A DNA stretch of 64,000 nucleotides, taken from Lepidodermella squamata (Eukaryota; Animalia; Gastrotricha). Numbering within the stretch: the first letter of the stretch is position 1; each line of letters starts with the position of its first letter. The stretch spans positions 3,782,001-3,846,000 of the forward strand of contig JBLDXI010000007.1 in assembly GCA_047495785.1 (NCBI GenBank), written 5' to 3'. Below the pieces are notes generated by a model that saw only the letters and a list, made by a program, of their open reading frames with translations, did not search any database and was not told where the DNA came from. Positions 48,001 to 60,000 of the stretch are shown here, one piece after another. Made by a program: the position numbers and the translations under genes.

Positions 48001-51000
48001 TCGGTTTTCATGTTAAGTAAATCGCTCGAATTTTCTGTTATTTTTGTAAGTTTTTCGTGAATTTTCGCTAAATTTGTGATTTTTTTCCAGGTTGACGAAT
48101 TGCGAAATACAATGCGGCGTTTAATGGCGAACGCTCAAATTCCAGTCGTCGCCTACGCATCGAAATACAACCAATACCTGGACATCATCAACCTCGACAT
48201 AAACGCGTTCATCAAAAAGTACGAATCCCTGAACAAACCAGCGCCGGACATCAAAGTCGACATTGAAAAGTACTTTGAAATGAAAGAAACCGTCGAGCGC
48301 ATTCTGCCGACTTCCATCGTTATCGGCGCGTTTTTCGTCTCAACGGACAATGTTCGCAAAAGTTTGTCGAAAAAATGTAAAGATTTAGGCCAAGCTCTTC
48401 TCGACATGCTCGCCCGAGTGCTGCGGCAAAAAGCTGAGGATGTTTGCGATGAGTATAAGAAAATTAATCGCAAAATCTACGAGAAGCCGACGTGCATCGA
48501 GGAGTTGGACGAAACGCGGGCGTGGATGAAAACAGTGCCGGAGTTGATCAAGGACTTGCAGGAGGCGGCTGAGAAGACGAATGTTGAGTACGATGTTTTG
48601 GATGATTTCTGGTACAATCTGAGCCAGGACGATTCGAATGCGAGGTTCAACGTCATCGCTTGGCCGTTTAAAATCGACCAGGCTATTACACAGGTGAGAA
48701 AGTCATCTATAAATAGTTTTTTCGGGAATCAAAAATATTCAAAATTGGGCTAATAGGTGGAAAAATGTGATAAATTTCAATTTATTAATTTTTCCTTAAT
48801 TTTTCGCGTCTCATGATTTTTCAAAATTTGACAAAAATTTAAAAACTTGGACACGTATCGTGGAAAGAATTTCCATTTTGAACCAATTTGTGAACCAATT
48901 ATTTTATCTGAATTTTAAATTTAAATTTTTGAATTTTGAATTTTAACCAAATTTTTCAAATTTTTGCAAATTCAAATTCAAATTCAAATTCAAATTCATT
49001 TAAAATTTTTTTTTCTAATTTATGCTTCTGAATTTTCTCAAAAATTGGTCGAAATTCGATTCTAATGGAAATTCTTGCCGAAATAAGGTCCCGAGCTGAA
49101 CATTTCATTTTTATGACCTCAAGAAATTTGAATATTCGCGGAAAATTGCTGTTTCGCCTCGGGTTTTCGTGCTTATTTGCGCAAGTTTTTATGAAAATTT
49201 GTGCTGATTTAGGTCACTACTAATCAAGTCGAAGAAGAAGACCGTTTCCAGAAGCTGCAACTGCAAGACACAGCGACGTTCAACGACCGGCTCGACGCGC
49301 TGCAAATGTCGACGGCCGGCTTTGCGGCCTACTCGGAAATGCACCGCGTTCACGAGTATGCTAATGAAGCGAGGCGCGTTTCGAAATCGCTGAAAGAGGC
49401 GCAAGAAACGGCGGCCAAGTACAACAACCGAGAGCGGCTGTTCGCATGGCCGACTACCAACTACGAACGGCTCAATCAAATGGTCAAAGAATTCGAACCG
49501 TTCAGATCACTTTGGGTCACAGTATCCGATTGGCTCAAATGGTAAAAATATTTGCAATTTATTGAAAATTTTGAAAATTGTTGAAATTCAAAAATTGAAA
49601 TTTTCAAATTTTCAAAATTCCCTAAAAAATTGGGCAAATTTAAATATTTCGCCCTATTCATGTTTTTTGAGCGAAATGTCCTGAATTTTTTTTCCTATTT
49701 TTAGGTATGATTCATGGATGAATGACCCCCTGACCTCAATTAACGCCGAAGACTTGGAGAAGAACGTAACTGAGGCGTATCGAACGATGCATAAATCGGT
49801 GAAATATTTCGCCGAGAACGAGTCTATTCAGGACATTGCTCAAACGATAAAAGAACAAATCGAAAAGTTCAAGCCGAACATCCCGCTCATTCAGGCGTTG
49901 CGAAACCCTGGCATGCGAGCTCGCCATTGGGAATTGCTGTCGACCGAAATCGGATTCCCGATTGTGCCTAAAGCTGATTTGACCTTCAAACGGTTAGGAA
50001 AAATCGAATATTCCTATTCTATTACTCTATTCATGATTTTTTTTTATGAATTAATTGCTTTCATATTACGCATTTGACCAATTATGTTATCGATTTTAGA
50101 TGCCTCGAAAAAAATCTTGGCAATTACATCGAAGCGATATCGAAAGTGGCCGACGTGGCTGGTAAAGAGTACTCGATCGAAGTCGCACTCAACAAAATGG
50201 AAGACGACTGGCGCGAGTTGAAATTCGAAGTTATGGCGTACAAAGAAACGGGCACATACATCATTAAAATCGCCGATGAGGTCACGCAACAAGTCGACGA
50301 TCACATGATGATGACGCAATCGATGACTTTCTCGCCATATAAGAAGCCGTTCGAAGAGCGAATCAATAGCTGGGAGACTAAACTCAAAATTACGGCCGAT
50401 GTTCTGGAGGAGTGGATTCAGTGCCAGCGGTCTTGGCTGTACCTCGAGCCCATCTTCTCATCGGAGGATATCAATCGCCAGCTGCCGGTCGAGTCGAAGC
50501 GCTTTCAGACTATGGATCGAATGTGGCGTAAAATTATGAAAAATTGCAGGGAGAATCCGCAAATCATCTCGCTGTGCCCGGATAATCGGCTGTTGGACCA
50601 ACTTCGCGAGTGTAACAAACTGCTCGACCAAGTTCAAAAAGGTACTCTTAAAATTAACTGAAAAAATCGGAAAAAGTTAATTTGCAAAATTTTTATTTGA
50701 AATCGAATTTTTCCGATAAATGAAAAAATTTAAAACTTCCCTGCGAGATTTTACAATTTTGAATTTTTGAAATTTTAAAGTGAAAATTTCATAAGAAGTC
50801 TAAATTGCTAAACAATTCAAATTCCCAAATTTCTTCAAATTTATCAGCATTTTTAGAGTTGCTTCCAATTTTATAATTTTCCAAATTTTCTCAAAATTTA
50901 GTCGAGAATTTTTTACTATGAATGTTTTTGTTAATTTGGCTAATTTTCTAATTTTGTTCAGGTTTGACCGACTATTTGGAGACAAAACGCATGGCCTTCC

Positions 51001-54000
51001 CGCGATTTTTCTTCTTGTCCGACGACGAACTGCTCGAAATTCTGTCTCAAACAAAAGACCCGACCCGCGTACAGCCGCATTTGCGGAAATGCTTCGAAAA
51101 CATGGCGCGGTTGAAATTCGAGGACGACCTTCGCATCACGAAGATGTTCTCAAGCGAGGGCGAAGAAGTCGCTTTCAGGACCGAATCGCTGTATCCGACT
51201 GGCAATGTCGAAGATTGGATGTCTGAGATTGAAAAAGTCAGCCGAGAATCACTGCGGCTCATCATGAAGGCAAGTTGAAAATTTAAAAAATTTGAAAAAT
51301 TTCAATTTCAAATTAAATTTCAAATTTCTTCAAATTTAGAGCTAATGTCTCTAATATATCTTTAAGTTTATTTTTGTTCGATACTTCGATCTTCTGAAGG
51401 TCATTTTAATTGAATGTCATTTTTTAATTGAAAGTTTGAAATTTTATTAATTTCTTTTCCAATTTTAGGATGCATTGGAAGATTATCGGGTCACAAAACG
51501 AACTGATTGGGTACTTCGATGGCCGGGTCAGCTCGTTATCGCCGGCTCTCAGACGTATTGGACGATGGAAGTAAGCGAAGCCATCGAGAAGAACGAGCTC
51601 GAGTCGTACTTTCAAGTTCAACTCGGCCAACTTGAAGATTTGCGAAACCAAGTCCGCCAGCCGCTGTCATCAGCCGGTCGGCAAATTTTGTCCGCGTTGA
51701 TTGTCATTGAAGTGCACGCCCGTGATGTCGTGATGAAGATGATTGAGGAGGGCGTGAAAAATGTAAACGATTTCGAGTGGATCAGCCAGTTGCGCTACTA
51801 CTGGGTCGAGGAAAACTTGTTCATTCGAGCGGTCAATGCCGAATTCCCGTATGGATGGGAGTATTTAGGTAGGAATAAGTTTGTCGTTGAGCTTGAATTT
51901 TAAATTTGTAAATTAAATTGAATTTTTTGAATTTTTCGTTATTTTTGGAAGCTAATTTTTGAGGAAAAAATTGGGGGTAAATTCGAAATTCACGAGTTTT
52001 TTATCCTAAATATTTCGATTTTCAATGTTTCATTGAATTTTGGCCATTTTTGAAAATTTTAGTGCTGGAACTTGTACTTTCAGTTATTTTTTAATTTTCG
52101 GGATTTATTATTCCAACACATTTTCTAATCAAAATTATTCCCGATGTCCAACTAGCGGAATCGGTTTCTTTTGAAAAAGATGAATGGCGCATGGTTGTTA
52201 ACTCGATTGAAAATTACGAATTCTATACAAAAAGCAGAATCCTCGACTGTGGGGGTGGGTGAGGATCATTCTTCGCCTGCCTTCGCCCTCTTCAAAACCG
52301 GAAACGGTACACGACGCTCAGTCCCGAAGAGGATAAATAAAAACATTATTATTATTATTATTATACATTTTCTAAACCCTTTTCAAGATAATTTTGAATT
52401 TATTTTTCATTGGACATATTGAAATTTTTAATTATTCTTTATTTAGGTAATACTGGTCGATTGGTCATCACTCCGCTCACAGATCGATGCTATTTGACCC
52501 TGACTGGAGCTCTTCACTTGAAATTCGGCGGTGCCCCAGCCGGGCCAGCCGGTACCGGGAAAACCGAAACAACAAAAGATCTCGCCAAGGCGATGGCAAT
52601 TCAGTGCGTCGTCTTCAACTGCTCTGACCAGCTCGATTTCATGGCGATGGGCAAATTCTTCAAGGGTTTAGCCAGTTCGGGCGCGTGGGCGTGCTTTGAC
52701 GAATTCAACCGCATTGATATCGAGGTGTTGTCGGTCGTTGCTATGCAGATTACGACGATTCAGAAGGCGCAACAGCAACGCGTCGATCGGTTCATGTTCG
52801 AAGGCTCCGAAATCGCCCTCCGCGCATCTTGCGCTGTTTTCATGTGAGTAAATCCGAACATTCTAAATATTATTTCGTTCGATACAGTATAACGAGGGGT
52901 AACTTGGGACAAGAAGTGTTTTTCGGACATTAAAAATCAGCCTTTGCGCCTAAATTTCTGAGATTTTAACCAAAGGTGGGCTAAATTTACTGAAAATTTT
53001 GAGAATTCCTTGTGAATTCCAAGTCAGATTTCGAAAAGCATAGGAGGGAGTCCCAACGGCGTACCAAGTGGAGAACTGCTTGGAACTTTTTCTGAAAACC
53101 GATTTCCGCGCGATGACGTGGATACGAAAAAGTGTACCATTTAAGTATTTATAATTGGTTTAGTTCGATTGATTGATCGCTGAATATTATGAGAAGTCGA
53201 TTGGAACAGCTCGGTTTGAGGCTGCATCACAGCTCCTTATTACGAGACCCACATATCTCTTCGAAATTGCCCTACTGGTGAACAAAAGTGCCCATAATTT
53301 ATTAAAATGGAACTGATTAATTTAAAACTTGTGTATAATAACTGATGGATAAATAAGTAGCCGAGGGCAAAGGAGTTAATCCTTCGTAGGATGGTGGTTC
53401 CGCCTCGTCGTCGTCATCATCGTGAAAATGAATAGCCACGTTGAGCGCATTTCTGGCGGTCCCATGCAGGGCCTGCCGCTTTGATGCGAGAGCCGCCGAA
53501 TCAGCAAGCCCAGCGCTGCTGCTGGCAGCTAGACTTAACGCTTGCGCACTCGCAGCACCGCGATGAGAAGTAGCCGAAGCAAGAGGCGATCGAGCAGGTG
53601 AAGCAAAAAGCGGTTGAGCAGGTTTTTGGTCAAAAACCTAGGCAAGGCATTTGCTGCCAGCAGGTAGCTAAAGTTACTTGCCAGCAAGACGTCGCGGACG
53701 GATTTTCCGCAAACCGTGTGTTATTTGGAAATAAATCGATAAAATTTGTGGAGCGGAGGAATGCCAGAAGTGAAGAGGTTGGGATTACTTTTTGGCGAGT
53801 ATTCAAGAGTATCGCGTGAATTCAATTTTTCACAAAACTAAAGCTAGAATTTAGAACTAGACGTTGGAAAACAAAGAGTGAATGGCCGAAATTACGAGAA
53901 TTTACGAATTCAATAAGCCGATATCAATTCCATGAATCGATTTTACCAATCAGCGATTTTTTCGATATCATTAGTCTGTTGGCTGTTGGCTATTATTGGC

Positions 54001-57000
54001 AATAAACCAGATTACATATGGGCTTACCAGGTAGCTGAAAATTGAAATCCTTGGACACCTGTATCCATCAAGAAGAAAAAAATCGGAACTTCTGTGAAAG
54101 AACGCTTAAAAATTTGAAAATATTAATTTTAAAAACTCCCAGAAAATGCTAAAAGAAAGGTTCGAAAATATTGAAATTTCGAATCTTTTCAAACGTTGAT
54201 TCCAAAAAATACGAGAATTTTAAAAATTAATTTTTTTTTAAGTTTTCCTTGAAATATCCGAAATGTGAACAAGTTTTTTGCATAATTAATCTTTTTTCCT
54301 GGATTTTAGTACCATGAATCCTGGTTATGCCGGTCGTACCGAACTGCCCGATAACCTGAAAGCTCTGTTCCGCCCCGTGGCTATGATGGTGCCCGACTAC
54401 GCCCTCATCGCCGAAATCAGCTTGTTCTCATTCGGCTTCGGTAACGCAAAGGCGCTATCAAAGAAAATCGTCGCTACCTTCAAGCTATCCTCGGAACAAC
54501 TGTCATCACAAGATCACTACGACTTTGGCATGCGAGCCGTAAAATCCGTCATTTCAGCCGCCGGCAATTTGAAACGCCAGAACCCGGACATGGACGAAGA
54601 ACTCATCGCACTGCGCGCTATTCGAGACGTCAATGTTCCGAAATTCTTGACCGGCGATCTCAAACTATTCAACGGTATCGTCTCGGATTTGTTCCCGAAC
54701 GTGAAAGACCAGCCGATCGACTACGGCAACCTGCTGACCAGTTTGAATCAAATGTGTAAAAAGAACAATTTGAAGGACGTGTCGGGTTTCATTCACAAGT
54801 GCATCCAGTTGTACGAGACAACGGTGGTGCGGCACGGTCTCATGTTGGTTGGGCCGACCGGATCGGGCAAGACCAAGTGCTACGAGCTGCTGCAACAGGC
54901 GATGACGTCGCTGGCTGGGCAAATGTCGCCGTCTGGCGAGCCGTTTAAGATCGTTCATTCGTCGGTGCTGAATCCGAAATCAATCACTATGGGCCAGTTG
55001 TACGGCGAGTTCGATGCCCTAACACGTGAGTAATTTTTTCGGATTAATGTTGATTTTTTTGAAACTTCAATTATTTTTGGTTAATCTGATTTCTTTGCCT
55101 GAAAATTATAGGAAACTTTTACTTATAGGTATATGAATAAAATATGATTAAGTCATACTATAGGAAATTATTATATATTTCACGAAATTTCAGTAATGAA
55201 GTAAAAAAGCGGTAATTCATGGTTGACGGGCAGAAATATCAACCATGTAAACAGCGATATTTCATGGTTGAAAATGTACGCCAAAATGGGTAGAATTTAC
55301 AAAAAACAACACGTCGATATCGCCAATTCCACTCGCACCAATCGGGAATAAAACTTTTTTAAATAAGATCTACAAAAAAACCAGAATATTTTGAGATTTT
55401 TAAATTTTTGTTTATATACAAAGGTGTCTTTTTTCTTTGGGATTTTAGTGTTTTTTCGTTTTTTCATGTTTTTCTCTTTGAAATTGAGATAAACGCCAAA
55501 AGTAAAAATAAAAAAAATAGGAAATCAGTGCCTCTCACAAAATTATATTACAATTTTCATATCACAAAAGTAGTTCAATCGACGATAAAAAAGTAACATA
55601 CATAGGATCGCCTAATAAAATGTACAATTGTGAAAATTCAAGTTGATCGTAATATCCTTTCCTCCGTTCGCCTTAATGGCGCTGACCAGCCTGCCAACGC
55701 TCTCGGTCTTGATCACTTTATGAGGATCATCAACAATAAAGCAGTCTTGGTCGACAATCTCAGCTTTCACGACGCTTGAATTCGGTTGAGCTGAGGAATT
55801 TCTGCACTTTTGTTGACGCCGCTCGCCCGATGAAGCATGGCGAAGAACGAACCCATCATCGCGTTCCTCCATCACACCGACGACGGGTTGTTCGACAGAT
55901 ATTCATGAGGAGCTAATTACAATTCACAAGCAATTAGGACGACCAAAGCTGTGAGGAAAAAATGTGAAAAAAATACTTGGGATTAGTCCTAACTCGTAGC
56001 TAACTGCTCATTTTTCTATGATTTTTGGTGCTGAAATAATTGCCTAATTTCAAGACACCTCATGAATATTCCTCAAACTATCCTTCTTTCATCCGAGCTA
56101 TCTTCATGGCCCGTGATAAGTGCCCAGAACTGCCAAGAGGCGACCTTTGAGGTTGAATAACAAAGATAGCTTGGCAGCTCCTAAAGGTGCCATCCATGTA
56201 CCAGCGATCAGCAGCAGCCAGGTGCGTCAATGTCAGAAGAGAGCCCAAAATGACGATACTGTTGACATCGCCCAACCCGTTATCCGCAATGCGTTGCTGG
56301 TTAACGTTCTGCGGTTCGTAGTTTTCGAAATTCACTTGTGCGCGGCTTGTAGAGATTCGCGAGGATTGTTCTCGTTTCTCGCGCGATACATGGCTGAAAC
56401 AGCAATTAATTTCGAGTGCTGTAGTGTTGGGACAATTCGAAGCTTGCTTTGTTCAACTTGCTGGTAATTTGGCAACCTAGCCACCATCTCATCTTGTTCC
56501 TCTTGTGTGGCTACTGCTTGAACACGATTTAAACGCGCTTCTTGGAAAATCGCGCTTCCTACTACAACTATTCCTACTTTCATCCGAGCTATATTCAAGG
56601 CCCGTGATAAGTGCCCAGAACGGCCAATAGACCAGCTTTGAGGTTGAAACCGCTTTTGGGAAACTTATGGCCCTGTTTGGACAGTTTGTTTATCAATTCG
56701 ATAAAGTTAGCTAGCAAAGCACGCAATGGGTAATTTTGGACAAAACCATGTACTCAGGGTTCGAAATTTAGTATAAATTCAGAAATCAGAAATTGATTTT
56801 ACGATTTTCACCTGATTTTTTGGGGCCGCATCTTCGGCCGAATCTTTTTCCGATCCAGAGTCTGAGAGTCGCTTAGCGAATGATTAATTCGAAGTAAAGA
56901 ATATCCGGGCCACGAAAATGCCCTTATTAATAAAGCAAAAGCAATTTGATTGATTGGTTATCGATCGATAATCAATAATCGATAATTACGATATTCGGCT

Positions 57001-60000
57001 TAATTTTAGTAATTTTGGAATTAGTCTCGCCTTCCGATAATCGATAATCGATATGCTCGATCAATTTATAAATAATTTCTCCACAAGATTTTGCTATCAA
57101 ATATTTTATCGATTTTTTCTTCAATTTTAGACGAATGGACCGATGGTATCTTATCATCTCTCATTCGAGTCGGAACAACAGCCGAAAATGACGACAAACG
57201 GTGGTACGTATTCGACGGCCCAGTCGACGCTGTGTGGATCGAAAACATGAACTCTGTGCTGGACGATAACAAAAAGCTGTGCCTGAGCTCGGGTGAAATC
57301 ATCCAACTGTCGCCCTACCAAACCCTCATGTTCGAAGTCATGGATCTGGCCGTCGCCAGCCCAGCCACAGTCTCACGATGCGGCATGGTCTACCTCGAGC
57401 CGTCGATTCTAGGCCTTCAGCCCTTCGTCGAGTGTTGGCTGTATCGCCTGCCGGACCCGTTTTACAGCTATCGGGAGCAGTTTGAAGGCTTTTTCAATAA
57501 GTATCTCGAGGATGCGGTCGAATTTGTTCGGCGAAACTGCAAGGAGATTGTGCCGTCTATGGACTCGAATTTGACGTTCAGTTTGCTGAAGCTGCTCGAG
57601 TGCTTCTTCAGGCCTTTCCTCAGCAAAGAGGTGCGTACTTATACCAGTTTCAATTTCAATTTCAAGGCCATTCAGTTATTTTCGAACCCTTTTAGTGAAG
57701 GGAATCAACTGAGAACTTTTATCAGGAATTCGTTTTTTTGCTGACATGAACGTTTTTTCATAAATTTGAAGTAGGGTTACGGTGGGGGAAAATTGAAAAA
57801 TTCTGGATTGATTGTTACTAGCCGAAAAATGGACAATTGATTGAAAATTTCGAAAGTTTTCCTCAGCTTTTGAAATTTCTCAATTTTATTCAAAATTTCG
57901 GAAAATCGATTGATCGATTGATTCTTCGATTCCGAAGATTTTAAAATGAAAATGAAAATTTGAAGTTCGATTCTTTTTTCATCTTGGAAAATTCAAAATT
58001 TCATTCAATTTAATGATTTTAGGTCATTTTTTGGCATCAATTAGGAGTGATAGAGATGAGGAAGAGTTTTCATTAAATGCCATTATAGTTCGGCTGATTT
58101 GGATTTGGATTGGATATGATAATTTTTAATCGATTTCCATTGCTTTGTCAAAAATTTGACATTCCGTGTTCAACATTCCCTTGATGAAATATTGAATTTC
58201 TCATGTTTTCTTGTTTAAATTGAATATTGTGATATGAATATTCCTTATCCGTATGAAGGACATAATTAGAGTGACCCAAATCACAAAAGAAACTGTTCGA
58301 ACAGTTTTTGTAAGTGTCCCAATAACATCGTTTGGCTACCTGTGAAATTCAACGGCTTTGGTGCTCTTAACCACTGCTTTTGGCTGAAATCACGAGTGAA
58401 AAAGATCGGATATGAGAAAATGTATTGTTGCACGCTTTTAATATAATAATTATTGTTATCAAGAACTTCACGCAATTTTGCTCGATTTTTCCTCGCACTG
58501 TGTGATTTTTATTTGTTACCTGTAATACAGAACATGGAACGCATGGGCATCATGTCACGTGACGCGCTTCGGACGATTGCGGTACGCTTGTTAACTCAAA
58601 TTCACACTCATTTGTTCAGTTCAATCGCACGGATTTGTTTAACATTTTTCATGTCTACGAATTTCAAAATTTTGAGATTTTTTGTTCATTTTTTGCGTGA
58701 ATCTAGACTGACAAGCCGTTGCCTCCAGACCGAGCGCAGCGAATCCCTGAAATCATCGAATCCTGGTTCATTTTCGCGTTGATCTGGTCTGTCGGCGCGA
58801 CTTGTGACGAAAACGGCCGTGCAAAATTTTCGACGTGGTTACGCGAGAAAATGGGCAAGGAAAATGCGGCCATCAAGTTCCCAGAAGAAGGCCTCGTTTA
58901 CGATTACTGGTAAGATCTTGAAAATATATCAAATACTAAAAATCAATAATTCTAATAAAATTCAATTTTGTTATCCTTACTCTAAAAATAAAAAAAAAAT
59001 CGTTTTGAAGCCTTTCACTTAAAAAGTGTCAAATCGAATTTTTACGAATTTTTCTGAATTTTTCTTTTAGGATCTATGACGGCGGTATGACAGCCCAAGA
59101 TGCGGACGATGACGAGGAGAATGCGAAGGAGAAGGACACGAAAATTGCATGGCACGGGTGGATGCACGGCGTCGATACTTACAAGATCACGTCGGACATG
59201 AAATTTGCGGATATCATGGTTCCAACGCTGGATACCATTCGATCGAGCAAGGTCTTGGAGTTGCTGTTGTTGAACAACAAGCCTGTCTGCTGCATTGGGC
59301 CGACTGGTACCAGCAAAACGTTGACGATTTCGCGAAAACTCATTACAGGTATTGTACAAAAATTGAAAATGGGGCGAAAATTCGAAATATTATATTAACG
59401 AGAATTGATAAAATGTTGAAGATTAACTGTCAAGAATTTTTCAAAAATTGAAGCTCAAGAACGTGGTAGGACCTAAGGGTGAAGACATAAGGGCCCCGTT
59501 TAAAATTGTAAATAACAGTACAAGCAGCGAACATTGTAAAATTTATTTTTCAACTACTAAAATTTGAGGAAAATCCCATAACAAAATCGCTTCTAAATTA
59601 AGAATTTTGTTCTCTCGTTTCACGATTTTTTTGTAATTTTCTAGGCATGCCTAAGGAGTACGTGCCTGAGTTTATGGTGTTCTCAGCGAAAACTTCGGCT
59701 AACCAAACGCAGGACTTGATCGACGGCAAGTTGGACAAGCGTCGTAAGGGCGTGTTTGGTCCGCCCCTTGGCAAGCTCTTCATCCTGTTCATCGACGATT
59801 TGAACATGCCGGCGCTGGAAACCTACGGCGCTCAACCGCCCATCGAACTCATCCGCCAATGGTAAGAAAATCCATTTATATTAAAATCAAGGAATAGATT
59901 AAAATCGCAGATCTTCAAATTCAAAAAATTTAAATTTAAGAATTTTAAATTAGGTAAATATTTTAATTGAAATTTGAAAAAAATTTAAATTCATGAATTT

